DNA of 64,000 nt from a plasmid. Where the stretch lies: the sequence record NZ_CP044080.1. One strand, written 5' to 3'. The first letter of the stretch is position 1, and each line of letters begins with the position of its first letter. Position numbers and translations under genes: made by a program. The notes beneath the pieces were generated by a model. The model was given only the letters and a program-made list of their open reading frames with translations. It was not told the origin of the DNA and searched no databases. Positions 1 to 9,524 of the stretch are shown one piece after another.

Positions 1-604
1 CGGCAAGAAGGTCGTCACGACCAACCCCGATGCGGCCCAACCCTGTCCGGACGACAAGGTGAACCGGGTCTTCGTGGCAGACATGCCGAACCAGCTGTGG
101 GTCAGCGATTTCACCTACGTCTCAAGTTGGCAGGGCATGGTTTATGTGGCCTTCGTGATCGACGTCTTCGCCCGCAAGATCGTCGGCTGGCGCGTCTCGA
201 CTTCGATGACCACCGGTTTCGTCCTCGACGCTCTGAATCAGGCCATCTGCCAGCGCGCGCCGTCCGAGGCTGACAAGCTGATCCATCACAGCGACCGGGG
301 CAGCCAATATCTCTCGATCCGATATACCGAGCGGCTGGCCGAGGCGGGCATCGACACCTCGGTCGGCAGCGTCGGTGATTCCTATGACAACGCTCTGGCT
401 GAAAGCATCATCGGCCTGTTCAAGACCGAGGTCATCAAGTTCCTCGGCCCTTGGAAATCCGTGGGTCAAGTCGAGTGGGAAACCCTGAAGTGGGTCGACT
501 GGTATAACAAGACGCGCCTGCACAGCGCCATCGGTTACGTCACACCGAACGAAGCAGAGGAGGAATTCTACACAAGCTTGAACGCCGCCGCAAAAGCAGC
601 CTAA
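1..604 (+). CDS. IS3-family transposase OrfB (DDE integrase core), 5'-partial (runs off window start)
   Basis: Frame-2 ORF is open from nt 2 to a stop at 602-604. The translation VSDFTYV...AFVIDVFARKIVGW...HSDRGSQY...YNKTRLHSAIGY matches the rve/DDE core and C-terminal tail typical of IS3 OrfB. Confidence 0.85.
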   Translation, partial: GKKVVTTNPDAAQPCPDDKVNRVFVADMPNQLWVSDFTYVSSWQGMVYVAFVIDVFARKIVGWRVSTSMTTGFVLDALNQAICQRAPSEADKLIHHSDRGSQYLSIRYTERLAEAGIDTSVGSVGDSYDNALAESIIGLFKTEVIKFLGPWKSVGQVEWETLKWVDWYNKTRLHSAIGYVTPNEAEEEFYTSLNAAAKAA

Positions 605-644
605 TCATTGAACCAGAAACTCTCCGGTAAACCCGGGGCGGTTC
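1..644 (+). mobile_element. IS3-family insertion sequence, 3' part, ending in a terminal inverted repeat ...GGAAACCCGGGGCGGTTCA
   Basis: OrfB is followed by about 40 bp ending in CA. The reverse complement TGAACCGCCCCGGGTTT resembles IS3-family terminal repeats. The element abuts the truncated LysR reading frame. Confidence 0.6.
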
Positions 645-1508
645 ATGACCTCCGGGGCAATCAGCCGCCAGATCAAGGCCCTGGAAGCCGAGCTTGGCGT
701 ACCGCTGTTCATCAGGACGGGGCGTGGCGTGCGCCCGACGCAGGCAGGAACCGAACTGTATGCGAGTGTAGCCGCCGGATTTTCCCGCATTGCGGATGTC
801 GCGCGTGACATCAAGCGCGGGGATCGGTCCCGCAATGTCACGATCGCAACGACCGACACCACGGCCACCATGTGGCTGGTTCCGCGCATGCCCGAGTTCT
901 GGCATCGTCACCCTGAAATCGTCATCAACCATCAGCTCGCCGAGAACAGCCGGTACTTTCGGCCCGAAGAGGTGGAGCTTCGCATTCGTCACGGCATGGG
1001 CGGCTGGATCAACGACGTCATGGAGCCGCTGTTCGACGATTGGCTCTATCCCGTCTGCAGTCCGGCACTCGCCAAGCGCCACGCCGGTGCGACGGTGGCC
1101 GATCTTCCCGACATGCCGCTTCTGGACATCGACTGGGTCGCGCCCGACTGGGTGACATGGGAGCAGGCGCTGCTGCAGGGCGGTGTGTCGTCCCGGTCGT
1201 TCGCCGCCCGCCGCCTGGGAAAATTCAGCCTTGCCATGCAGGCCGCCGCGGCGGACCAAGGTGTGGCGATCGGCTGGCACCGCATGATCACGCCCATGCT
1301 GGAACGGGGCGAGCTGGTCCGTCTGACCGAACTGGTCTTTCGCGCACCCGGAACCTATTATCTGACCTGGCATCGCGGGCGCGCGCTGTCCCCCGCCGCC
1401 GAATTGCTCCGGGAGTGGGTCCATGAGCAGGCGGAAGCGGAACGGGCGCGGCCTCTCCCTTGGCAATCCGTCGAAGGCGGTGATTTGCTTCCGACGGAGG
1501 GGGCGTGA
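645..1508 (+). pseudogene. LysR-family transcriptional regulator, N-terminal HTH missing (truncated by the IS3 element)
   Basis: Translation begins mid-motif (...SRQIKALEAELGVPLFIRTGRGVRPT) and continues into a LysR substrate-binding domain. No wHTH residues lie upstream, where IS sequence is present instead. Confidence 0.75.
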
Positions 1509-1750
1509 GCATGCGGACATTTGGCAAGCCTTGCAGTTTGTTCGGTCTGGATAGTGGACGCTGACCCTGCAACCCGCATTCCGCCCGGGCCTCCGCAACG
1601 CGCGTTGAACGACTGACTTTTCGGCTCAATGACCTGTTTGGGGCAGCCTTCGCCAGGGACGCCTGACAGGCCGCTGAAGAAGTCAGCTCTCGACCTGTTA
1701 ATGTGGAACATGCTTCTCCCATCTTTGGACAGGTTTCTGGGTGATTTAAG

Positions 1751-2068
1751 CTACTGCCTGCGCCTACTGATCGGTTTCGATGCTATTGAAGTAGACCATG
1801 GCGGGCGGCTGCCCGCCATGGGCGGTATGAGGCCGCCGGTGGTTGTAGAATGTGATCCAGTGGCCGATGGCTGCCTTGCCTGTAACCCTGTTTCCCATGC
1901 GTGAAGGTAAACGCATTCATACTTCAGGGACCGCCAGAGGCGCTCGATGAAGACGTTGTCGATGCAGCGCCCTTTTCCGTCCATCGAGATCCGGGTGCCG
2001 ACGCGCTTCAGCCTGTCCGTCCATGCAAGGGACGTGAACTGGGCGGATTCAACCGGTCGTCGCAACAC
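1751..2068 (-). pseudogene. IS3 OrfB C-terminal fragment
   Basis: Contains IDNVFIERLWRSLKYECVYLH, the typical IS3-family OrfB C-terminal motif. It is separated from the rest of OrfB by the IS30 insertion. Confidence 0.75.
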
Positions 2069-3407
2069 CTTTCATATCCTGTTTGAGCAGCCGGTCGAGA
2101 GCCTCTGCCGGTGTTTGCCACGCCAGCGTTTTCCGGGGGCGCGTATTCAGCGCATGGGCTACGGCGCTCAGCTCTTCGGCACCATGTTGGCTGAGATCCG
2201 TGCCCTTTGGGGAGTATTGGCGGAGCAGGGCATTGGTGTTCTCGTTGCTGCCGCGTTGCCAGGGGCTCTGAGGGTCACAGAAATAGATCTCGAGACCAGT
2301 ATCCATCCGAAGCTGCACATGTTGGGCCATCTCGGCGCCTTGGTCCCAAGTCAACGAGCGACGTAGCTGGGCAGGCAGGCCGCTGATCGTCCCTGCGATG
2401 GCATCCCGAACGGCCTCAGCGCCGTGACCGGCAAGGGCTGGCCCGTTCTTGACGGACTTGCCTGTCCCGTGCCCTTCCATGCGCGGCAAGTGCAGGAGCA
2501 TGGTGAAGCGGGTCGTGCGTTCGACCAGCGTGCCGATCGCCGAACTGCCAAGGCCGGGAATGAGGTCACCTTCCCAATGACCAGGAATAGCCCTGTCACC
2601 GATTTCAGCTGGGCGGTCGCTGATCATCAACGCGTCGGCAATGAAGGCCTTGCCGCGGTTCCGGGCACGTTCTCGTGGGAACCTGAGGGCACGGCCGGAC
2701 CTCAGGCAGGCTGAGAGCTCTCGCCTCAGTCCGCCGCGCCCCTGAATGTATAGCGCCTGATAAATGGCTTCGTGGCTGATGCGCATGGTCAGATCCTCGG
2801 GGAAGTCCAGCTTCAAGCGCTGTGAGATCTGCTCCGGGCTCCAGGCCGATGACCAGCGTCGGCTTTGCCGGTGAACGGCTCGCCGTCCTTTCCATACCAC
2901 GACAGGCCCATCGAAGGCGATGCCGTCCGGCGTGGTAATGAGGCCGGACAGCCGATCCTGCACGTCGTCGCGCAGGGCGGGGTTGAGCGCGAGCTTGCTG
3001 ATTTTTGGACGTCTGGCCGCACGATCCGCATGCCACTGTGCGGCAATGGCCCGATAGTCGAACTCTCCGCCGCGCGTTGCCGAGTTGCGGCTGATCTCAC
3101 GCGGGATCGTGCTGGCGGATCGGCTAAGCTTGCGCGCGATTGCCCACACGCCGGTGCCCCGAGCGCATTCGAGGGCTATCTCCTCGCGTTCGGAGAACGA
3201 AAGGCTACGGCGCTTCGGCACAGGAGCCCATGGTGCAAGATGAGTGGGAGGCATTCCGCCAGAACTCCGAATCCATCGGGTTCCGACCGGAGCTGAAACA
3301 CCTGCTGCAACAGCGGCTTCTTCGCTGGACAAGCCTGCCGCTATTTCTCGCCAGAACCGGCACAGATGTTCACGCTGCCAGACTGGCGGCCGACCTGGCG
3401 AGGACAA
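2049..3407 (-). CDS. IS30-family transposase
   Basis: 452 aa protein with an N-terminal HTH and a DDE domain (GHWEGDLI...FCDPQSPWQRGSNENTNALLRQYSPKGTDLS). It is intact-looking and nested inside the IS3 OrfB. Confidence 0.85.
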   Translation of the reverse strand: MSSPGRPPVWQREHLCRFWREIAAGLSSEEAAVAAGVSAPVGTRWIRSSGGMPPTHLAPWAPVPKRRSLSFSEREEIALECARGTGVWAIARKLSRSASTIPREISRNSATRGGEFDYRAIAAQWHADRAARRPKISKLALNPALRDDVQDRLSGLITTPDGIAFDGPVVVWKGRRAVHRQSRRWSSAWSPEQISQRLKLDFPEDLTMRISHEAIYQALYIQGRGGLRRELSACLRSGRALRFPRERARNRGKAFIADALMISDRPAEIGDRAIPGHWEGDLIPGLGSSAIGTLVERTTRFTMLLHLPRMEGHGTGKSVKNGPALAGHGAEAVRDAIAGTISGLPAQLRRSLTWDQGAEMAQHVQLRMDTGLEIYFCDPQSPWQRGSNENTNALLRQYSPKGTDLSQHGAEELSAVAHALNTRPRKTLAWQTPAEALDRLLKQDMKGVATTG

Positions 3408-3422
3408 TTTGCGCCGCGTCGA

Positions 3423-4090
3423 TCACTCCGACTTCCGTTTGCCTGTCGTCATCAGCACCTCCAAAATCGGGTGTTGCGACGACCGGTTGAATCCGCCTTG
3501 CGCGCCGCGATCCGTGTGGTGAATACAGCCTGGTGGCGGGCGGCGCAGGGCAACAGCCATATTCAGCGCCCTGATCGCCAGATCCTGTTTCATCCGGTTG
3601 CTGATAGCCCAGCCAATCACGCGCCTTGAGAACAGGTCGATGATGACGGCCAGATAAACCCAGCCTTCACGCGTCCAGATGTAGGTGATGTCGGCGCACC
3701 AGACCTGACCGGGGCGGTCCACGCGCAGCCCGCCCGAGCCAGATAGGGATAAGTCTTGTGCCCCTTTCTCGGCTTGCTGGTGTTGGGCTTTTGATAGATC
3801 GGCATCAAACGCATGAGCCGCATCAGACGCCGTATGCGCTTCTGGTTCACGCCATGCCCTTCGTTCTGCAAGTGCCAGGTCATCTGCCGGACGCCGTAGA
3901 AGGGCGTGTCCAGGAACTGCTGGTCAATCACTCTCATTAGCCCAAGGTTCACCTCGGTCTCCCGTGCGGCTCGTGATAGAAGGACAAGCGAGATCGACAG
4001 CAGACGGCACTGCGCGCCGATCGACAATGCCGGATGGCCCTGCTCGATCATCCCGCGCCTCACTTGCCGGTCCACGGCTTGAGCTTTCAT
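3423..4090 (-). pseudogene. IS3 OrfB N-terminal and core fragments, frameshifted (two overlapping frames: 3617-4090 and 3423-3722)
   Basis: Carries the HTH_21-like segment (RRLMRLMRLM) and the DDE core start (VWCADITYI...LAVIIDLFSRRVIGW...HTDRG) in a different frame. Confidence 0.7.
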
Positions 4091-4416
4091 GACAAAAAAT
4101 CGTTGGCTACGGCCAGCTCCCCGATTTTGGCGTGCAGCGACCGGACTGTCTCCTCATCCACCTCCGCAACGGGCTTTCTGCCACCGCAACCGAAGATATC
4201 CGCAGCCCCGTCGAGCAGCGTCTTCTTCCATTGTTGGATCATCGTCGAATGCACGCCGGATTCAGCCGCCAGTTCCGAGACCGTGCGCTCGCCTTTCACT
4301 GCTTCCAGCGCCACGCGCGCCTTGAAGCCAGCGTCATGGTTGCCTCGCGTTTCCGCATTCCTGATCTCCTCGCCATTGGAGACCAGCCGGAGGGGGTCTG
4401 CGACGGTTCCCATTGA
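4087..4416 (-). pseudogene. IS3-family OrfA (HTH transposase) remnant
   Basis: Contains FKARVALEAVKGERTVSELAAESGVHSTMIQQWKK...LHAKIGELAVANDFL, a classic IS3/IS911 OrfA. The start is unclear. Confidence 0.7.
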
Positions 4417-4896
4417 TGCGAAGGAGGTAACCCTGGAAAAGCTGCTCGACCAAACCGCTACTAGGACGATCCGGTCTGTCCAAGACTTCGGCAATGACCG
4501 GGACCACAGTGTCCGGATCTGGGGCCTGCCCGAGGACGTCGGCGACGCCGGGGGCGACGAGGAGTTCCTGAAGCGCTTGCCGATCTCGATCATGAGCAAC
4601 ACGAGAACATAGTCCACTGGTCGGGTGGGGACCTCGACATCGAAGATGCCGGAACCGACAGCTTCATCGAGCGCTTTGATCGGCTTGCCAACATGTCTGA
4701 GCAAAGGGCGGGACCATCCGCAAAGGGCCGAGGAAGCCGCTCAGATCTCCTTTGAGGCCCGAAATGGCCGTGGTTATCGCCACACCTGATAACCCTTGGC
4801 ACCTGCGTTGCCGTGCCAGCCCTTTCTCAGCCTTCCAGCCTTGCCCTGCCTTGACCCCAAACCCGCCGCGTGCAGCGCCGGAGGCCCACGGCCCTT

Positions 4897-5541
4897 CTAC
4901 CGCGATACACCGCCGAAACGTCGTTCCAGCACTGCCACCTGGTCGGGCGAGAGCAGGCGGACGGGCAGTCCGCGCAGCAGGATCGCCAGGCGCGCCGTTT
5001 CCTCGAGTTCCTCGGCGGCGTGGACGGCCGAGGCCAGGTCGCAGCCCGCCACCACCGGGCCGTGGTTGGCCAGCAGGACGGCGGCATTCCGCCCCCCACG
5101 CGCCCGGATCAGGTCCCCCATCGCCGGGTCGCCCGGCGGCACGTAGTCCAGCAGCGGCACCCGGCCCACGCGCATGACCACATAGGGGGTCAGGGGCGGA
5201 ACGCAGTCCTCGGGGTCCTGGGCGACAAGGCAGGACAGCGCCGTCGCATGGGTCGAATGCAGGTGCACCACTGCCCCGGTGCCGGGCCGCGTCTCGTAAA
5301 AGGCGCGGTGCAGGAACACCTCTTTCGAGGGCCTGTCGCCGCCGACATGGGACCAGTCGCGGTCCAGCTTCGAAATGCGCCCGGCGTCCAGGTGGCCCAG
5401 GCTGGAGTTCGTCGGCGTCATCAGCCAGCCGTCCGTCAGCGCCACGCTGATGTTGCCGGCCGTGCCGACCGAAAAGCCGCGCTGGAACAGCGAGGCCGCC
5501 AGCCGCACCAGTTCGGCGCGCAGATCGTCCTCGGTCATGGC
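4897..5541 (-). CDS. otnC: Class II aldolase/adducin-family protein, probable 3-oxo-tetronate 4-phosphate decarboxylase
   Basis: The protein begins MTEDDLRAELVRLAASLFQRGF and carries class II aldolase motifs (GNISV..., HLHSTHATAL). It overlaps the otnK stop by 4 nt. The long N-terminal extension in the ORF track is GC-driven. Confidence 0.7.
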   Translation of the reverse strand, partial: AMTEDDLRAELVRLAASLFQRGFSVGTAGNISVALTDGWLMTPTNSSLGHLDAGRISKLDRDWSHVGGDRPSKEVFLHRAFYETRPGTGAVVHLHSTHATALSCLVAQDPEDCVPPLTPYVVMRVGRVPLLDYVPPGDPAMGDLIRARGGRNAAVLLANHGPVVAGCDLASAVHAAEELEETARLAILLRGLPVRLLSPDQVAVLERRFGGVSR

Positions 5542-6788
5542 CGGTCCTCCATCCCGTCCAGCGCGCGCGCCAGGAAATCCTCGGCCCCGAAGTTGCCCGA
5601 TTTCAGCGCCAGCGCAAGGCCGGATGCCGCGCGCAGCACCGGCACGCCCGGGTCGATCTCGGCCCCCACCTCCAGCGCGCCGGGGGCGAGCGCCGAGACG
5701 ACCGCGCCCGAGGTCTCGCCCCCCGCGACCACCAGCCGGGTCACGCCGGCCGCGACCAGCGCGCGGGCCAGATCGCCGAAGAACCCGTCGAGCCGCGCCG
5801 CCACCGCCTCGCGCCCGTACTCGGCCTGCATCCGCGCCACCTGCTCGGGGCTGCCCGAGGAGAACGCCAGCGGCGCCTGCGCCACCAGCGCCAGCAGCTG
5901 CCGCGCCACCGCCTCTGGCGTCAGCGTCCCGGCCATGACGGCAGGCACGTCGATCTCGATCACCGGATGGGCCGCGCGATGATGCTCGATCTGGCGCCGG
6001 GTCATGCCCGAGCAGCTGCCCGCCAGCACCACCCCCGGCCCCGGCGCGGTGCGCCGCGGCGCCGCGACCCCCGGTCCCGCCACGTCCAGGTTCTGCGCCA
6101 GCCCCAGCGCGATGCCCGAGCCGCCCGTGACCAGCCGCGCCCCTGCGAGCGCGGCGCCGATCGCCATCAGGTCCTCGTCCGAGGTCGCATCGGTGACGAC
6201 CAGCGTGGCATCGCTTGCCTCCAGCGCCGCCCGGATCGCCGCCGCGCCCTGCCGGACCACGCAGAGCGGCACCAGCCCGACCGGCCCCGTGCCCTGCCGG
6301 CCCAGCCAGCGGCGCAGGTCGGGGTCGGTCATGGGCGTCAGCGGGTGGTCCTGCATGCCGCTTTCCGACAGCAGCCGGTCGCCGACGAACAGGTGGCCCT
6401 GATAGATCGTGCGCCCCATGGTCGGAAAGGCCGGGCAGACCACCACGCCGCGCGCGCCCAGCCGGTCGGCCAGGGCCATCGCCACCGGGCCGATGTTGCC
6501 CTGCGGCGTCGAATCGAAGGTCGAGCAGTATTTGAACACCACCTGCTTGCAACCCTGCGCCAGCAGCCAGTCGAGCGCCGCCAGCGACTGCGCCACCGCC
6601 CGGTCCGCCGGGATGGAGCGGCTTTTCAGCGCCACCACCCCGGCCTGCACCGAGAGCGCGGCGGGCCGGTCCGGCACGCCCAGGTATTGCACCACATGCA
6701 GCCCGGGGCTCGCGCCATGGCCCCGCGCCAGAGTGTTCGCGATGTCGCTGGCCCCCGTGAAATCGTCCGCAATGACCCCGATCAGCAT
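5535..6788 (-). CDS. otnK: Four-carbon acid sugar kinase family protein (3-oxo-tetronate kinase)
   Basis: 417 aa protein starting MLIGVIADDFTGASD... (DUF1537/DUF1536 kinase N- and C-domains). It is adjacent to and coupled with the class II aldolase gene. Confidence 0.75.
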   Translation of the reverse strand: MLIGVIADDFTGASDIANTLARGHGASPGLHVVQYLGVPDRPAALSVQAGVVALKSRSIPADRAVAQSLAALDWLLAQGCKQVVFKYCSTFDSTPQGNIGPVAMALADRLGARGVVVCPAFPTMGRTIYQGHLFVGDRLLSESGMQDHPLTPMTDPDLRRWLGRQGTGPVGLVPLCVVRQGAAAIRAALEASDATLVVTDATSDEDLMAIGAALAGARLVTGGSGIALGLAQNLDVAGPGVAAPRRTAPGPGVVLAGSCSGMTRRQIEHHRAAHPVIEIDVPAVMAGTLTPEAVARQLLALVAQAPLAFSSGSPEQVARMQAEYGREAVAARLDGFFGDLARALVAAGVTRLVVAGGETSGAVVSALAPGALEVGAEIDPGVPVLRAASGLALALKSGNFGAEDFLARALDGMEDRP

Positions 6789-7020
6789 GATCCGCCCCCC
6801 TGTCCCAACAGCGCCCGCAACCGTTCTACCGCCGCTTGCGGGCTCGCGAAAACAGGAATGTCCGTCGAAAGGGCGGCTTTGGCTTGTACCGGTGGGCGCG
6901 CGGCCGGGCTGGCTGCGTCAATCCGATGGAGTTCCGGGCCAGCGCCATGCTAGCCTGCCGAACCGGCAGCAGGCCAGAGTACCGCGCTTCATTGTCGCCC
7001 ACGTACAGGAAGAACCGCTC

Positions 7021-7734
7021 ATGTCCATTCGTGTCGGTGTCGCCGGCTGGTCCATACCCTCCGCGCTTGCCGGGCGGTTTCCGTCAGAAGGCACGCATCT
7101 CGAACGCTATGGCGCATGCCTTTCGGCCGTCGAGATCAACAGCAGCTTCTACCGGCCGCACCGGCGCGCGACATACGAACGCTGGGCGGCAAGCGTGCCA
7201 CCCGGGTTCCGCTTCTCGGTCAAGCTGCCGAAAGCCATCACGCATGAGCGCCGACTGGAGGACTGCACGGCGCTGGTCGAGCGCTTCGCCGAGGAAACGG
7301 GCGGCCTGGGCGACAAACGCGGTCCGATCCTGGTTCAGCTTCCCCCGAGCTTCGCCTATCCCGGCGAGCGCGCGGACCGTTTCCTTGACGAGCTGCGGAC
7401 CGCGATCACCGGGCCCATCGTGCTGGAGCCGAGACATGCCAGCTGGTTCCAGCCGGACATCGACCGCATGCTGGAGCGACGGCGGGTGTCGCGGGTTGCC
7501 GCGGACCCGGCAAAACCGCCAGCTGCCGCGCAGCCCGGTGGCTGGAGCGGGCTCGCCTATTTCCGACTGCACGGATCACCGCGGATGTACGAATCGACCT
7601 ATGGACAGGACGCCATCGAAGCCCAAGCAGAGCGCGTCGCCTCCCTCGTTCAGCGCGATATCGATGTCTGGACCGTCTACGACAACACCACCTACGGCGC
7701 GGCCACGCAGAACGCTTTGGTCCTCCCCCACTGA
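7021..7734 (+). CDS. DUF72 (YecE-like) family protein; its stop codon lies inside the IS left inverted repeat
   Basis: MSIRVGVAGWS...YGACLSAVEINSSFYR...RFSVKLP is the DUF72 signature. The TGA at 7732-7734 coincides with the first bases of the IS repeat TGAAGTGGTCC. Confidence 0.75.
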   Translation: MSIRVGVAGWSIPSALAGRFPSEGTHLERYGACLSAVEINSSFYRPHRRATYERWAASVPPGFRFSVKLPKAITHERRLEDCTALVERFAEETGGLGDKRGPILVQLPPSFAYPGERADRFLDELRTAITGPIVLEPRHASWFQPDIDRMLERRRVSRVAADPAKPPAAAQPGGWSGLAYFRLHGSPRMYESTYGQDAIEAQAERVASLVQRDIDVWTVYDNTTYGAATQNALVLPH

Positions 7735-7773
7735 AGTGGTCCGCCGTTATGTTTAGGAAACGGAGGATCGAGA

Positions 7774-8052
7774 ATGGCAAACAAACGACCGAAGCCGGAA
7801 GAGATTGTCTCGAAGTTGCGGCAGGTTGAGGTTCTGATGGGGCAAGGCTTGTCCCGTCTGGACGCGATCAGGCGTATCGGCGTTGTCGAACAGACCTATT
7901 ACCGCTGGCGCAAGCAATACGGCGGAATGGGCGTAGACCAGTTGAAAGAGCTGAAGCGCCTTCAGCAGGAGAATGAGCGGCTCAGGCGTGCGGTGTCTGA
8001 CCTGACGTTGGACAAGCTAATCCTGACGGAGGCGGCCCGGGGAAACTTCTGA
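7774..8052 (+). CDS. IS3-family transposase OrfA
   Basis: 92 aa protein (RWRKQYGGMGVDQLKELKRLQQENERLRRAVSDLTLDKLIL) with the HTH and leucine zipper typical of OrfA. Confidence 0.85.
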   Translation: MANKRPKPEEIVSKLRQVEVLMGQGLSRLDAIRRIGVVEQTYYRWRKQYGGMGVDQLKELKRLQQENERLRRAVSDLTLDKLILTEAARGNF

Positions 8053-8126
8053 GCCCCGCTCGCCGCCGGGCCTGTATTGACCATGTCCGCCGTGAGCTGG
8101 GCGTTTCCGAGCGTCGCGCCTGCCAA

Positions 8127-8900
8127 GTGCTTCGCCAACATCGTTCGACACAACGCAAGTTCCCGAGAGGTCGAGCGGACGAGGTCCGCCTGGCCGCCGA
8201 CATGATTGAGCTGGCCCGCCAATATGGCCGTTATGGCTATCGCCGGATTGCGGCTCTGTTGCGGGATGCCGGGTGGCAGGTGAATGACAAGCGGGTTGAG
8301 CGCTTGTGGCGGCGAGAGGGGCTGAAAGTGCCGATGAAACAGCCGAAGAAAGGGCGATTGTGGCTGAACGACGGATCCTGCGTCCGGTTGCGGCCGCAAT
8401 ACCGGGATCATGTCTGGTCGTATGATTTTGTTCATTGCCGCACCGATGATGGCAAGGTGTTCCGGACGTTGAACATCCTTGATGAGTTCAGTCGCGAATG
8501 TCTGACGATCAAGGTGCGGCGCAGGCTGAATTCGACAGACGTGATTGATGCGCTGACCGATCTGTTCATCTTGCGCGGCGTGCCCGCCTTCATCCGTTCC
8601 GACAACGGTCCGGAGTTCATTGCCCTGGCCGTTCGTGACTGGATCGGGGCGGTCGGGGCAAAAACGGCTTACATCGAACCGGGATCGCCTTGGGAAAATG
8701 GCTATTGTGAGAGCTTCAACGCCCGCTTCCGCGATGAAATGTTGAATGGGGAAGTTTTCTACAGCCTCCGTGAGGCACAGATCCTGATCGAACAGTGGAG
8801 GAAGCATTACAACACGAAACGACCGCACAGCGCATTGGGCTATCGCCCACCAGCCCCAGAAGCCTTTGTGCCGGTGGACCAAAGGCTGGTCATGCACTAA
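8127..8900 (+). CDS. IS3-family transposase OrfB (DDE integrase core); likely expressed by -1 frameshift from OrfA, so the true N-terminus is upstream of this ATG
   Basis: Contains WSYDFV, LNILDEFSRECL, RSDNGPEF, YNTKRPHSALGYRPPAPE. Confidence 0.85.
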   Translation: MLRQHRSTQRKFPRGRADEVRLAADMIELARQYGRYGYRRIAALLRDAGWQVNDKRVERLWRREGLKVPMKQPKKGRLWLNDGSCVRLRPQYRDHVWSYDFVHCRTDDGKVFRTLNILDEFSRECLTIKVRRRLNSTDVIDALTDLFILRGVPAFIRSDNGPEFIALAVRDWIGAVGAKTAYIEPGSPWENGYCESFNARFRDEMLNGEVFYSLREAQILIEQWRKHYNTKRPHSALGYRPPAPEAFVPVDQRLVMH

Positions 8901-8920
8901 CTTTCAAAATGGACCACTCA

Positions 8921-9524
8921 GGTGGGGCTGATCAAGAGCCCCTTCGTCACCTTCTTCGGCGCCATCGGTATCGAGGGCGCGGACGTGGTGATGAACCTGG
9001 TCGTGCTGACGGCCGTGCTGTCGTCGCTGAACGCGGGGCTTTATTCGACGGGCCGCATCCTGCATTCCATGGCGATCTCGGGCTCGGCCCCGGCGGCGCT
9101 GGCGCGGATGAACAAGGCGGGCGTGCCCTATATGGGGATCGGCGTCACGGCGGCCGTCACCGTCCTGGGGGTGGTGCTGAACGCCTTCATGCCCTCGGAT
9201 GCCTTCGAGATCGCGATCAACGTGGCCGCGCTTGGCCTGATCTGCGCCTGGGGCACCATCGTCCTGTGTCAGCTGAAGTTGTGGAACCTGTCGCGCCAGG
9301 GCCTGATCCAGCGCCCCGAGTTCCGCATGTTCGGCGCGCCCTTCACCGGCATCCTGACGCTGGCCTTCCTGCTGGGAGTCGTGGTCCTGATGGCCTTCGA
9401 CTATCCGGTCGGAACCTGGACCGTCGCCTCGCTTCTGGTGATCGTGCCGGCGCTGATCCTGGGCTGGCATCTGGCGCGGGGCCGCATCGCGGCCATCGCC
9501 GCCGCAAGCGAGGCGGGCCAGTGA
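8921..9524 (+). pseudogene. Amino-acid permease (APC family, AnsP/GABA-permease-like) C-terminal fragment; 5' half deleted at the IS junction
   Basis: 200 aa of C-terminal transmembrane helices beginning immediately after the IS right end. No N-terminal part or start codon is present. Confidence 0.7.

Larger units (their letters stand above)
1690..4720 (-). mobile_element. Degraded IS3-family element (OrfA and frameshifted OrfB fragments) interrupted by a nested IS30-family element; boundaries approximate
   Basis: Minus-strand fragments in order: OrfA (4087-4416), OrfB N-terminal pieces (3617-4090, 3423-3722), an IS30 transposase (2049-3407), and the OrfB C-terminus (1751-2068). Confidence 0.7.
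7732..8920 (+). mobile_element. IS3-family (IS407-like) insertion sequence, about 1.19 kb, with imperfect terminal inverted repeats
   Basis: Left repeat TGAAGTGGTCCGCC at 7732 and right repeat (revcomp) TGAGTGGTCCATTT ending at 8920. OrfA and OrfB lie between them with frameshift-type organisation. Confidence 0.75.

Noticed and set aside
4752-6552. Multiple long overlapping ORFs on both strands (e.g. 4870-5982 +, 5375-5938 +, 6004-6402 +) and the 551-aa extended form of the aldolase ORF
   Set aside because: They are Pro/Arg/Ala-rich with no domain similarity and are antisense to otnC/otnK. The true otnC starts at the MTEDDLR methionine coupled to the otnK stop.
8795-9520. N-terminal 240 codons of the 550-aa ORF containing asparaginase
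   Set aside because: This upstream part overlaps the IS right end and the permease fragment in another frame. Asparaginase homology begins at the GTG at 9521.
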